Shown here: positions 28,510 to 38,206 of the stretch, one piece after another
Numbering within the stretch: position 1 is the first letter of the stretch
Layout of the letters: every line of letters begins with the position of its first letter
Source of the DNA: Candidatus Uhrbacteria bacterium
GTDB lineage: Bacteria > Patescibacteriota > Patescibacteriia > UBA9934 > GWF2-40-263
Length of the DNA stretch: 64,000 bases
Direction: 5' to 3'
Assembly: GCA_016206085.1 (NCBI GenBank)
Contig: JACQSF010000009.1
Coordinates: forward strand, 9,412 to 73,411
Program-made: the position numbers and the translations under genes
The notes under the pieces: generated by a model
Told to the model about the DNA's origin: nothing
Seen by the model: only the letters and a program-made list of their open reading frames with translations
Database searches by the model: none

Positions 28510-29784
28510 ATGAGGATTGCGTTACACATAGGAATAGGGGTATTCATACTTCTTTTATCATTTCCCACTCATGTCGAAGCGGCAAGTGTCTGCACCTGTA
28601 CGTACACAAGAACATCTATCTCCTCAGGAACCACCTCAAGTGAAAACACCTACGACGTTTCAACCTACGAAGGGGCAACCATCACCAGTGACACGAGCTG
28701 TCAACTGGGATGTAGCGCATGGGCTGATGGAAAAACCACAGACTCAGGAGGAACGCTCCTGTACACCATTACGAACACATCCTACGCCGCTACTACCACA
28801 ACCACACCTGCACCCACGACGACATCCACTCCGACAGTAACCAGCCGACCCTTGCTCACACCAACTCTCTCAGTTGATATTCCCACGGTGACGTTTACTG
28901 ATGCCTTTATCAAAAATGATGTTCTCAATATAAACTACTTGGGCGATTACATCGCTGGCGTCTATAAGTACCTCTTAGGCATTGCGACTACGATTGCGAT
29001 TGTCATGATCATGGTGAGCGGATTGCAGTGGACGTTGGGGGGAACCACTCCGGAAGCCATCGGCAAAGCACAAACACGAATCAAGAATGCGGTAACGGGA
29101 CTTGTTCTTTTACTTTGCACATACCTTATTCTTTCCATCGTCAATCCTAATCTTATCAATCTTCAATTCCCGACACTTGAAATCATTCAATACGAAGCCC
29201 TGGTGGCAGACTCTGGAGATGCGACAGGAACGACATCCACAGAAAACCTTGCTGCTGCCGGTATTGATTGTCCTGGATCGGGTGATGTGGCCACCATTGC
29301 AAAATCATTTCTTGGGAAAACAACCTATCGAACCGGAGGAAAGGGTGGTGGAGCCCCATATAGTGCCGAGAAAAAAATCGATTCTTCTGGGAGACCTTAT
29401 TCGGAATATTGTCCGGAAGGGACGGTGTGCTTAGATTGTTCCGGGTTTGTTGGAATCGTTGCTCAGTGTGCAGGACTCGCATCCAAAAATGAAAGTAGTG
29501 GAACCGCTGGAATTTTTGCTTCCGCTCCCCGTATCACCTCGTGTGGAACAGATATAGTCACACTTGAAAGTGGTAACACATTCACTCTTACGGCTGGCGA
29601 CCTTGTTGGATTTAAGGCAGGTGAGTATTCAAAAAATCCTAAAAATGGACATGTCTGGATGTATATTGGTAATGGAACTCTCATCAATAGTGTTGGTTCA
29701 GGACGTATCTCGGGAACAGCCGTTATCACGCAGTCCCTCGAATCCGCCTGCCAAACATTCCCTTTACGGTTTATTGCTCGTTAA
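28510..29784 (+). CDS. CPR pilin-like (VirB2/TrbC-type) domain fused to an NlpC/P60 peptidase
   Basis: YIAGVYKYLLGIA...IMVSGLQW...AQTRIKNAVTGLVLLL...NP pilin motif; LDCSGFV and GHVWMYIGNG NlpC/P60 Cys/His motifs. Confidence 0.8.
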   Translation: MRIALHIGIGVFILLLSFPTHVEAASVCTCTYTRTSISSGTTSSENTYDVSTYEGATITSDTSCQLGCSAWADGKTTDSGGTLLYTITNTSYAATTTTTPAPTTTSTPTVTSRPLLTPTLSVDIPTVTFTDAFIKNDVLNINYLGDYIAGVYKYLLGIATTIAIVMIMVSGLQWTLGGTTPEAIGKAQTRIKNAVTGLVLLLCTYLILSIVNPNLINLQFPTLEIIQYEALVADSGDATGTTSTENLAAAGIDCPGSGDVATIAKSFLGKTTYRTGGKGGGAPYSAEKKIDSSGRPYSEYCPEGTVCLDCSGFVGIVAQCAGLASKNESSGTAGIFASAPRITSCGTDIVTLESGNTFTLTAGDLVGFKAGEYSKNPKNGHVWMYIGNGTLINSVGSGRISGTAVITQSLESACQTFPLRFIAR

Positions 29785-29826
29785 TCATTTTTCAACCTAA
29801 CCTTCAACCACTTCTACTTGATAATT

Positions 29827-31137
29827 ATGTTCATTTGTACGCATTGTGATGCCCAGTCGTCGAAGTGGTCAGGCAAATGCCTCACCTGCGACAAGTGGGG
29901 GACGATCGTAGAGGAACAAGCCGAACGCAGGCTAAAGCCTGCGGCTACCGGTGCCAAAGCCAAGGCCGCGCAAAGTACGCCCCTGCGAGATGTCATGAAA
30001 CAAAACGAAACCGACAGACTCAGCACGCTGGACGCGGAAGTGGATCGAGTACTTGGCGGCGGGATCGTGAAAGGATCGCTTGTGTTGTTATCTGGTGAGC
30101 CTGGGATTGGAAAATCGACGCTGGTCGCGGCGATCGCAGGTTCAATCAAAGGAAACGTCTTGTACATCTCCGGCGAGGAGTCCCCCACCCAACTGGCAGC
30201 GCGGTTTGAACGACTCAAGAAGAATACAGACTCAGTGCGTTTCCTTGAGCCTTATCCTGTTGAGACATTAGTCGCAACGATGGAAAAAGAGGCGCCCGTC
30301 TTAGCCGTGATCGACTCTGTCCAAACGCTTACCTCTTCAGAACTGGACTCCACCGCCGGGACACCGACGCTTGTCCGCTACGCCACCTCACTCTTGCTTG
30401 ACCTTGCCAAGCGTACAAACGTCTCAATCCTGCTGGTCGGCCAGGTTACGAAGGACGGTTCAATCGCGGGTCCCAAGACACTTGAACATCTTGTCGATGT
30501 CGTTGTGAACCTCGAAGGTGATCCAGTCCACAGCTACCGCATGCTACGCGCGGCTAAAAACCGATTTGGGGCCACGGATGAGATAGGCGTATTTGAAATG
30601 ACCGAGGGTGGACTTGTGGCCGTTGCGAACCCATCCGAAAGATTCCTTGCAGAACGTTCAGCGACTCCTGGATCGGTTATTGCTGCGACGATTGAGGGGT
30701 CTCGCGTATTTCTTGTAGAGGTACAGGCACTCGTTGAAACGGCATTCTATGGAACACCTGTTCGTCGAGCCTCTGGTTTTGATCCAAACCGATTGCAGAT
30801 GCTCGTGGCGATTCTGTCTAAACGAGCGGGATTGAAGCTCGGCGACAAAGATGTATTTGTAAACGTGGTCGGTGGCATGAGTCTCGCTGAACCCGCGGCT
30901 GATCTCGCCATCTGTGCCGCCATCACCGGCGCATTCAAAAACCGCGCAGACGAATCCGCAACGGTGTATATGGGAGAAGTGGGTCTGGGTGGCGAAGTGC
31001 GCTCTGTTCCTCTGGTCGACCGACGACTCATGGAAACATCTCGACTTGGTCTCTCAAACGCCGTCATTCCGTCAAAGTCAAAAGCGAAAAAAGTAGAGCT
31101 CGTCGTGAAACAGGTAGGAAATATTAGCGAACTTTAG
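29827..31137 (+). CDS. radA: DNA repair protein RadA/Sms
   Basis: C4 zinc finger, GEPGIGKST, KNRFG, GEVGLGGEVR. Confidence 0.96.
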   Translation: MFICTHCDAQSSKWSGKCLTCDKWGTIVEEQAERRLKPAATGAKAKAAQSTPLRDVMKQNETDRLSTLDAEVDRVLGGGIVKGSLVLLSGEPGIGKSTLVAAIAGSIKGNVLYISGEESPTQLAARFERLKKNTDSVRFLEPYPVETLVATMEKEAPVLAVIDSVQTLTSSELDSTAGTPTLVRYATSLLLDLAKRTNVSILLVGQVTKDGSIAGPKTLEHLVDVVVNLEGDPVHSYRMLRAAKNRFGATDEIGVFEMTEGGLVAVANPSERFLAERSATPGSVIAATIEGSRVFLVEVQALVETAFYGTPVRRASGFDPNRLQMLVAILSKRAGLKLGDKDVFVNVVGGMSLAEPAADLAICAAITGAFKNRADESATVYMGEVGLGGEVRSVPLVDRRLMETSRLGLSNAVIPSKSKAKKVELVVKQVGNISEL

Positions 31138-31143
31138 CAAATG

Positions 31144-31164
31144 GATGCCCACTCAGTGGGTATC
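31144..31164. terminator. Hairpin between convergent radA and recG (repeat copy 2)
   Basis: GATGCCCAC-TCA-GTGGGTATC; same 18-mer as 1200-1217. Confidence 0.5.
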
Positions 31165-33241
31165 ACTCCAAATGCACCATTTCAAACTGATGCTCGATTC
31201 GTGCTTTGATCAACGGATGAAAATCGAGGTCAGGATCCTGGACAAGAAGCTCCGTGGCGTAGTCACGGGCTTTTTTCATAATGTCTGTATCGGCCGGCGT
31301 AGCAAGTTGGAAATCGGCAAACCCAGATTGGGCATTTCCGAACACATTTCCAGCTCCGCGAAGCCCAAGGTCGATCTGAGCCAGTCTGAACCCATCGATT
31401 GTTTCCTCCATCGCCCGCAATCGTGCTTCGCTTGTACTCGAAAGTTGCTCAGGGAGAAGATAGCAGTACGATTGGATGTCGCTGCGTCCGACTCGACCGC
31501 GCAATTGATGAAGCTGTGCGAGCCCAAACCGCTCGGCGCCGACGATCACCATGACGCTTGCGTTTGGGATATCAACCCCAACCTCCACGACAGTGGTTGA
31601 GACAAGGACATCGATCTTCCCTGTGCGAAACTTCTCGATTACTTTTTCCTTCTCATCTGTTTTGAGTCGTCCATGAAGCATCTCGATCTTTGCGTCCTTG
31701 AGTGTTCCTTTTTTGAGTTCGCGTGCGACTTCCGCCACGGACTTCACCCCAAGCTTGTCGCTTGGATCAATGAGCGGACACACCACAAAGACCTGTCTTC
31801 CTTGTTCGATCTGCTCGCGGACATGCTTCCACATTCCCGCCTGTTGTGATTCTGGTACAACCGCAGTCGCCAGCGGTTTTCGGCCAGGCGGCATCTCATT
31901 CAAAATCGAAAGCTCGAGGTCGCCAAAGATCGTCAACGCGAGTGTGCGAGGAATCGGTGTCGCACTCATCGAGAGTAGATGTGGGGCAGGCCCCTCATCG
32001 GTGTGCAACAGGGCATGGCGCTGTTCCACGCCAAATCGGTGCTGTTCGTCCACGATCACAAGCCGAAAATCGCTCAATTTTAGACGATCCTGAAGAAGCG
32101 CATGGGTTCCAACAATACATCCGATCCCCCTTCTTTTTAAGGAGGGGCTAGGGGTGGTTAAGAGTTGTAGCGACTCGAGGAGTTCGTCGCGAGTGATGTC
32201 CTTGTCGCCTATCTTGCACATGGTCCGTGTGAGCAGCCCAACAGGTTCATCCAGAAACCGTGATAACGCCGCGTGCTGCTGAGCCGCCAGAATCTCGGTC
32301 GGTGCCAAGTACACAACCCGTGAACCCGCGTGGAGCACACTCGCCGCTGCCGCTGCCGCGACGACCGTCTTTCCGCTTCCCACATCTCCTTCCAACAGTC
32401 GATTCATCGGGTGTGGCTTTTCCAGATCCTGAACAACCTCCCAGATCGCCTTGCGTTGTGCGACTGTAAGCTCAAAAGGCAGACTCGCAACAAACGATTT
32501 GAGGAACGCCTCGTCCAGGTGAATCACGGTTGCGGCCTTTCTTTCTCTGTCTACGCGGACGCGGGCGAACATGAGCTGGTGTAAAAAGAGCTCATCAAAC
32601 TTCAAACGCTGTACCGCCTCATCTAATTCTCGTTGCGACTCAGGAAAATGAACCCCTTGAAGTGCCTGCGCAAGACTTGGATACGATTCGTGTTCAACGA
32701 TGTGGTTCGGAAGCCAATCTGGAAACTCAGCCGCTGCCGGAAGTGCGGCACGCATGGCATCACGCAGCCGACGCATGGTAAGTGAGCCTGTGAGTCCGTA
32801 GACTGGTACGATCCTACCCGTGTGGGTCTGTTCCCCGGCCCGTTCAATGATTGGATTAGTGAGGCATCGTCCGAAGCGACCATCAATACGACCTGCGAGC
32901 GAGACCCTCGATCCAACCAGAAGGGTTTTCTCGAGATACGACTGATTAAACCAAACCACTTTCAACTCTCCTGTTTCGTCGCCTACGACTGCCTCAACAA
33001 TCTTCAAATGTCGGTTCCTTGCCGGTCGTGACTGGATCGACTGAATCGTCCCAGTCACGGTCACCGTGTCCCCGCTTCTGGCCTTCCCTGCCCCAACGAC
33101 ACGAGAAAAGTCGTCATAACGAAATGGCACATACCACAAAAGGTCTCGCACAGACGTAATGTCTAGGCTACGTAAATCCGCCACTGCTTTGGCTCCAAGA
33201 CCAGGTAAGTCAGAAACCGGCGAGCTTAAATGAATGGCCAT
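31163..33241 (-). CDS. recG: ATP-dependent DNA helicase RecG
   Basis: Wedge OB fold, GDVGSGKT, DEQHRFG, MSATPIPRT, QLRGRVGR, TRG-like motif. Confidence 0.96.
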   Translation of the reverse strand: MAIHLSSPVSDLPGLGAKAVADLRSLDITSVRDLLWYVPFRYDDFSRVVGAGKARSGDTVTVTGTIQSIQSRPARNRHLKIVEAVVGDETGELKVVWFNQSYLEKTLLVGSRVSLAGRIDGRFGRCLTNPIIERAGEQTHTGRIVPVYGLTGSLTMRRLRDAMRAALPAAAEFPDWLPNHIVEHESYPSLAQALQGVHFPESQRELDEAVQRLKFDELFLHQLMFARVRVDRERKAATVIHLDEAFLKSFVASLPFELTVAQRKAIWEVVQDLEKPHPMNRLLEGDVGSGKTVVAAAAAASVLHAGSRVVYLAPTEILAAQQHAALSRFLDEPVGLLTRTMCKIGDKDITRDELLESLQLLTTPSPSLKRRGIGCIVGTHALLQDRLKLSDFRLVIVDEQHRFGVEQRHALLHTDEGPAPHLLSMSATPIPRTLALTIFGDLELSILNEMPPGRKPLATAVVPESQQAGMWKHVREQIEQGRQVFVVCPLIDPSDKLGVKSVAEVARELKKGTLKDAKIEMLHGRLKTDEKEKVIEKFRTGKIDVLVSTTVVEVGVDIPNASVMVIVGAERFGLAQLHQLRGRVGRSDIQSYCYLLPEQLSSTSEARLRAMEETIDGFRLAQIDLGLRGAGNVFGNAQSGFADFQLATPADTDIMKKARDYATELLVQDPDLDFHPLIKARIEHQFEMVHLE
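32125..32159. repeat. REP-like palindrome inserted in frame in recG
   Basis: CCCCTTCTT-TTT-AAGGAGGGG-CTAGGGGTGGTT encodes the extra peptide TTPSPSLKRRG just before IVGTHAL. Confidence 0.65.
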
Positions 33242-33295
33242 ATTGAGAAAATAGTAGCACAAACAAAATGACCCCACTTGAGTGGAGTCCTTTTG

Positions 33296-33372
33296 TGGTG
33301 CACCCGGCAGGACTTGAACCTACGACCCTCAGCTCCGCAAGCTGATGCTCTATCCAACTGAGCTACGGGTGC
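33296..33372 (-). tRNA. tRNA-Arg(GCG)
   Basis: GCACCCG acceptor stem, anticodon arm TCAGC-TTGCGGA-GCTGA, GGTTCAAGTCC T arm, encoded CCA. Confidence 0.95.
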
Positions 33373-33378
33373 AAAAGC

Positions 33379-33876
33379 TCAGAGTTTATACAGTCTTCGG
33401 AGCACATCCGTCAAGTTCTCTTCCACCCGCTGTAAGTTCTCCAAACAGTAAGGAAGAAGCAGCTCACGCACCTCATTTGGATCGATATCCTCAAGTGGGA
33501 CGGTCAGAAGTGGTTGCCAAGGAGAGTGGAACTCAAAGTAGAGATTCTTTACCTGTGGTGGGTCGTAGGCAATCGAAAAATCTTTAATGGCTTGGAAATC
33601 ATAGTACATGTCCGAGACAACCACGCCCGTATTGGTGATCACAACCGGGACACGGTCAGGGGGCACAAAACTCGACAACAGCGTGATCACGCCGATCATA
33701 AGGATGATGACGGCAAACAAAAAATTCGCTGTCGCGATGGCATAGATGATGAGCGCCACACCAAGAACGGCTGCGATTATGTACCAAAGCCGTGAGCGCT
33801 GGTGCATCGGATACTCATTCACCTCCCACTCAAGCTGCGGGGCACCGATATTGATTTGTCCTTCCTCTTGCTCCAT
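33379..33876 (-). CDS. Conserved hypothetical membrane protein (CPR type)
   Basis: LEW...EY...RSRLWY, two TM helices, PH-like C-terminus. Confidence 0.75.
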   Translation of the reverse strand: MEQEEGQINIGAPQLEWEVNEYPMHQRSRLWYIIAAVLGVALIIYAIATANFLFAVIILMIGVITLLSSFVPPDRVPVVITNTGVVVSDMYYDFQAIKDFSIAYDPPQVKNLYFEFHSPWQPLLTVPLEDIDPNEVRELLLPYCLENLQRVEENLTDVLRRLYKL

Positions 33877-34016
33877 AGCCCTTCTATTTTATCACGATCC
33901 AGAACTTAATTCACGAATTTTGTCCTCAAGCTCGGGGAAAAACCCATCGTTTCATACGGTCTATTATCCTTGATCTTTTGAATATCTTCCAGTATTCTAT
34001 CCCCGTAATTGAATAC

Positions 34017-34105
34017 GGAGAGGTACCCAAGTGGTTGAAGGGGACGGTTTGCTAAATCGTTAGGGGCGAAAGCCCGCGAGGGTTCGAATCCCTCCCTCTC
34101 CGCCA
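34017..34105 (+). tRNA. tRNA-Ser(GCT)
   Basis: GGAGAGG acceptor, ACGGT-TTGCTAA-ATCGT anticodon arm, long variable arm, CCA. Confidence 0.96.
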
Positions 34106-34131
34106 GTAGACATTTACATACATTTTATATT

Positions 34132-34220
34132 GGAGAGGTGGCCGAGTGGTTGAAGGCAACAGTCTTGAAAACTGTCGAGGTGAATAGCCTCCGTGAGTTC
34201 GAATCTCACCCTCTCCGCCA
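34132..34220 (+). tRNA. tRNA-Ser(TGA)
   Basis: ACAGT-CTTGAAA-ACTGT anticodon arm, long variable arm, CCA. Confidence 0.96.
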
Positions 34221-34253
34221 CAAAAACACCGCCTCGTGCGATGTTTTTGTTTT
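34221..34253. terminator. Putative bidirectional terminator after the tRNAs and comF
   Basis: AAAAACACCGC-CTCGT-GCGATGTTTTT. Confidence 0.55.
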
Positions 34254-34951
34254 TACGAACTCCCCTTAGCCAAGGTAAACCCCCACACAGTCTTGGCGCC
34301 GTTCTCTTTCAGCAATCGCGCGACTGCGTCCATCGTGGTGCCGCTGGTGAAAACGTCATCACATAAGAGAACATGCCCTGGCACACTCATTCCTGGCGCA
34401 ATCTCAAAGACATGATCCATCTCCCCCACCCGACGCTGACCATGGAACGTCCGTGACTGTTGGGCGGTTTTTTTCGCTCGACGCACAAGCATCTCCACTG
34501 GAAGTCCAAACAGCTCCCCGACCCACGTCGCGACGAGTTGAGCCTGATCGAACCCACGAGATCGAAGACGCGACTCATGCAAGGGCACATGTGTCACCCA
34601 ATACGGGGCGAGCGGTGGCTGCATCCTGGGTGCGGCGCGGCGCAAACTTTTCACAAACACGTCTTCGACGGATCTATCGCCATGGAACTTCCAACTTGCG
34701 ATGAGCTCACGCATGAGTGCGTTTCCATATGGAACAAAATACGTCAGCCCGTCGAGGTACCGATCCTCGCAGCACTCTGTGCAGGTTCGCGGTGATCCAC
34801 CCCGTCCACAAAATGCACAAGACACCTGTGGGGGCACAGGTGTCCAGAAGTCTAGACACGGTCGGCACAGAAGCGCTCCCTCGCGCTTGCATGAAACGCA
34901 AAATCGCGGGAACAGCGCCTCTATTGCCAGATCGCAGAGTCGACTTTCCAT
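34253..34951 (-). CDS. comF: ComF family protein (double zinc ribbon plus PRTase)
   Basis: LFPRFCVSC...CxxC repeats, VPLH...RGFDQA, LLCDDVFTSGTT. Confidence 0.9.
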   Translation of the reverse strand: MESRLCDLAIEALFPRFCVSCKREGALLCRPCLDFWTPVPPQVSCAFCGRGGSPRTCTECCEDRYLDGLTYFVPYGNALMRELIASWKFHGDRSVEDVFVKSLRRAAPRMQPPLAPYWVTHVPLHESRLRSRGFDQAQLVATWVGELFGLPVEMLVRRAKKTAQQSRTFHGQRRVGEMDHVFEIAPGMSVPGHVLLCDDVFTSGTTMDAVARLLKENGAKTVWGFTLAKGSS

Positions 34952-35502
34952 GTGTCTACCTCCTTCACAAAAGTTAAGATGATGTCCTGGTACTTTACCG
35001 TCACGTTTTGGGTCGATCCAATCGCTTCTTCACGCTGAGTCGTAACCGTCACCAAAGCCGTGCCTGCCGTCTCATCTTCTTGTTGAACCTTCACGGTCAC
35101 AATGCTTGTGGTCACGCCATAGTATTCCTCGGGTGCCTTCTGGGTATCAACAATGTTTTGAAGCTGTGCGGCAAATGAGGCACTCGTCAGTGGAATCACG
35201 TCTGCAAGGTTGGCAAAATGTGCCTCATTTGAATAACTCCCATACCGTGTCACAAATGACTTAGAAAGGGAAACAACTTCCGCGGACGTCGTGCGCGTTT
35301 CCCGTTCTTCCTCCAACTCCTGCTCGGAAATTGTGGGTCGCGTCGGGAGAACCTCTTGTCCCTGCGGCGCCTGCACCACCTCTTCCACTTGCGGCTCCTC
35401 TTCGCCCCCAGAAAAAAGGATCCACAAAAACCAGATCAACAACAAGAAAAGAGCCAAGAGAATAAGGGCAATAATCGTCAATCGTTTTCTTCGAGTCATC
35501 AT
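34921..35502 (-). CDS. Bitopic membrane protein of the T4SS-like locus (possible VirB8/NTF2-like fold)
   Basis: N-terminal TM, FVTRYGSYS, C-terminal WKVDSA; overlaps both neighbours. Confidence 0.65.
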   Translation of the reverse strand: MMTRRKRLTIIALILLALFLLLIWFLWILFSGGEEEPQVEEVVQAPQGQEVLPTRPTISEQELEEERETRTTSAEVVSLSKSFVTRYGSYSNEAHFANLADVIPLTSASFAAQLQNIVDTQKAPEEYYGVTTSIVTVKVQQEDETAGTALVTVTTQREEAIGSTQNVTVKYQDIILTFVKEVDTWKVDSAIWQ

Positions 35503-37505
35503 ACAAAAAGCGAGTCACGAATCTTCTCTGCCTGCGCTTTCCCCTGCGTCTGGTTTGCAAGGACACTTGCCGTCGCGTTTGCCTGCTGAGCTTCTTCTTG
35601 AACCTGCTGCGCCGCAACCGACGCTTCCTTCTTCACCCGTTCCTGTTCAAGAAGCTGTTGGGGATTCGTTGTCACGATTTGATCTTCCGTATAAGACGCA
35701 ACGACTTTAATAGCCGCATGCTTGTTTCCAGCAAAGAAAATTCCTTCGCCCACGCCCGACTCAAGTAATAAGTATTTTTCTCCGTCGGTAAGGTGAAATG
35801 TATTTTGCACAACGTCCACGGCCGAGGGAGCTTGCTTCAAAAGAATCTGCATGGCCGAGTTGGTCACAATCGCCTGACCATATTGACTCCGCAGAAAGTC
35901 GTTCACGTCCTGGGTGATGGTGGTAACCCCCAAATAATATTTTCGCGCACGTTTTACCAGAGCAAAAATAAACTTCGCGGAGTCCTCATTTTGCATGAGC
36001 CACCATGCCTCATCCACAACCAGGATGCGCTTCTTGCGCTCACTGCGTGTCACGTTCCAAATGTAGTTGATGATCGTATAGATGGCCGTAGGACGTAACT
36101 CATCTTCCAAATCTCGCACCGAAAATACCACAAGTTGATTCTTCATCTCAACGTTGGTCGGTGAATCGAGAAGTCCAGAAAATGTGCCATTGGTATACTT
36201 CTGAAGTCGCGCCACAAGATCCGCGGAGCCATCCATCCCTTCCAAAACGTCTTGAAAATCTGTCAGAGTCGGCGGTTCCACATCCGCAAGACTCAATAGG
36301 TCTGGGGTGATGTCTTTCTTCGCGTACGTTTCAATGAGAGCTCGATCCAAAAGTGAATCCTCCTCAGGAGTAAACCCAAGCTTCCCCCCCTCACCAATGG
36401 GCTGGCCGATCATGATACGCAATAACCCTTTGAGCGTAATAACGGCGGACCGAATAATATCATCCACCTTCGTGCCCTCGCCAATCCCGCGAGGCAAATC
36501 AAACGGGTTGACCTTCGCTTCTGACGCAAGTGAAACATTGATGAATGTTCCACCGACGGCATCGGACAAATCCTTGTACTCGTACTCCGGATCAATGACA
36601 ATCACGTCCGTTCCCATCATGAGGGAGCGCAAGATCTCAAGCTTAATGGCGTAGGACTTTCCCGCTCCGGAAGTCGCAAACACCACGGAGTTCGCGTTTT
36701 GCAAACTGAATCGATCAAACAAAATGAGCGAATTATTGTGGCGGTTGATGCCGTAGAGAATGCCGTTGTCAGACGTCAGATCAGAACTAATAAACGGGAA
36801 CGATGCCGCAATCGGACTTGTGTTCATGTTATACGAAATCTGAAGTTCGTCGTTTCCTAATGGGGTGGTCGAATTGAAACCCTGTTCGGCCTGATAAAAG
36901 CCACTCTTGGTATAGATGAGCTTGCTGCCAAACAATGACTCGACTTCTTCTGTGTACTTCTCAAGTTCCTGTTCGTTCTTAGCGTAGATCGTAACGTAGA
37001 ACGAAAATTGAAAAAAATGTTCAATCCCTTGCGTAAGCGCATCTCGAAGAGATTCGGTGTCCCGCAGAGCCGTTTCAGCAATCGGATCGCGCGGGGCTCC
37101 CTTCTCCGCGTCCCCCAAAATCTTCGCTTCAAAAATTCCGACTTTCTTTTGGAGCTGCTTTAAAATAATTCTGGCCTTGAGCGGATAGAAAAACATCCCC
37201 ACATCAAATGTCTTGTTGAGATTAATGAGGGCAGAGGACCAGCCAAGACCAATATGACGGGGGTACGTGATGATAAACAGTGTCCGAACATAGAGCCCGG
37301 AAAGCAACAAAAACGTCGGCTTCACCTCAAATGAGGCAGGAGCAATAATATCCTTTACCGTGACAACTCCACGCCGATAAATGCGTTCCTCCTCCAAGAC
37401 CTCCCGCTCCTGGCGCGTCTTTACCACTTCCTCGTTGATCTTCTGTGGCTTTTCAGGCGCCGGCATGGGCATGGCCTGTTTTATTTTTCTTATCTCAATG
37501 GCCAT
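35499..37505 (-). CDS. VirB4-like ATPase
   Basis: YGIN...LFDRF, ATSGAGKS, VIDPEYEY, VVDEAW, RARKY...TQ. Confidence 0.9.
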   Translation of the reverse strand: MAIEIRKIKQAMPMPAPEKPQKINEEVVKTRQEREVLEEERIYRRGVVTVKDIIAPASFEVKPTFLLLSGLYVRTLFIITYPRHIGLGWSSALINLNKTFDVGMFFYPLKARIILKQLQKKVGIFEAKILGDAEKGAPRDPIAETALRDTESLRDALTQGIEHFFQFSFYVTIYAKNEQELEKYTEEVESLFGSKLIYTKSGFYQAEQGFNSTTPLGNDELQISYNMNTSPIAASFPFISSDLTSDNGILYGINRHNNSLILFDRFSLQNANSVVFATSGAGKSYAIKLEILRSLMMGTDVIVIDPEYEYKDLSDAVGGTFINVSLASEAKVNPFDLPRGIGEGTKVDDIIRSAVITLKGLLRIMIGQPIGEGGKLGFTPEEDSLLDRALIETYAKKDITPDLLSLADVEPPTLTDFQDVLEGMDGSADLVARLQKYTNGTFSGLLDSPTNVEMKNQLVVFSVRDLEDELRPTAIYTIINYIWNVTRSERKKRILVVDEAWWLMQNEDSAKFIFALVKRARKYYLGVTTITQDVNDFLRSQYGQAIVTNSAMQILLKQAPSAVDVVQNTFHLTDGEKYLLLESGVGEGIFFAGNKHAAIKVVASYTEDQIVTTNPQQLLEQERVKKEASVAAQQVQEEAQQANATASVLANQTQGKAQAEKIRDSLFV

Positions 37506-37507
37506 AC

Positions 37508-38206
37508 CTATTTTTCAGAAACGAATGATGATTCTTCAAACTGTACCTGACGTATATCCACAAGCTTCTGTGTATCAAACACATTGGGATTATAGACCGT
37601 ATAATAGAGTTCAATGAGTCCTTGGGTATCCAAACGTGCGGAAGAAAGACCCATACTATTGAGTTGCCCTTGAGTGATTTCAAGTCGACGAGAGAGCTGT
37701 TCCATGCGATCCGCCAGCTGTTTCTTGTTCAGTTTAGCAGCCGCCGCTGGAGAAAGGGCTTCGGTGAATCTTGTCCAAAAATTTTTCTTCTTGTTTGTGA
37801 GCGGGTCGTATGGCACAACAAGATAAAACATTTTCTGCATGATCTGACCTAGCTCGACTAACTCCGTTACGAACGCCCGATAATCGAAAATCTGATTACG
37901 CAGAAGGTCATTTTCCACGACTCGTTCGCGTTCACGCAATCGATTCATATACGCATCAATATTCATGCGGCGTGACTGAATCACAATCTGGATGGGATAC
38001 GCCAGGGAATTCAGAAACGTCATGTAGGCCTGAATGATGGCTTCCTGTTCGTCCGCGGATTTAAGCGCGAAGTTAATGCTTGAAACCAAAAGCACGGCGC
38101 GCACCGTCCCGTCATTGAGAAGTACCATGTCATCACGAATCTCGGCGATGTCCAAAAATCGTTCCGTTGATGATCCTGGTTTTGGCTTGGCAAGTTTATG
38201 GGCCAT
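37508..38206 (-). CDS. Conserved T4SS-locus protein (VirB4/TraC N-terminal-like)
   Basis: SSINFALKS..EQ..I...FLNSL..PIQI motif, located between PrgI and VirB4. Confidence 0.75.
   Translation of the reverse strand: MAHKLAKPKPGSSTERFLDIAEIRDDMVLLNDGTVRAVLLVSSINFALKSADEQEAIIQAYMTFLNSLAYPIQIVIQSRRMNIDAYMNRLRERERVVENDLLRNQIFDYRAFVTELVELGQIMQKMFYLVVPYDPLTNKKKNFWTRFTEALSPAAAAKLNKKQLADRMEQLSRRLEITQGQLNSMGLSSARLDTQGLIELYYTVYNPNVFDTQKLVDIRQVQFEESSFVSEK

Noticed and set aside
33296-34220. tRNA genes as integration sites for the T4SS-like locus (ICE)
   Set aside because: No integrase, relaxase or duplicated tRNA 3' end was seen in the window
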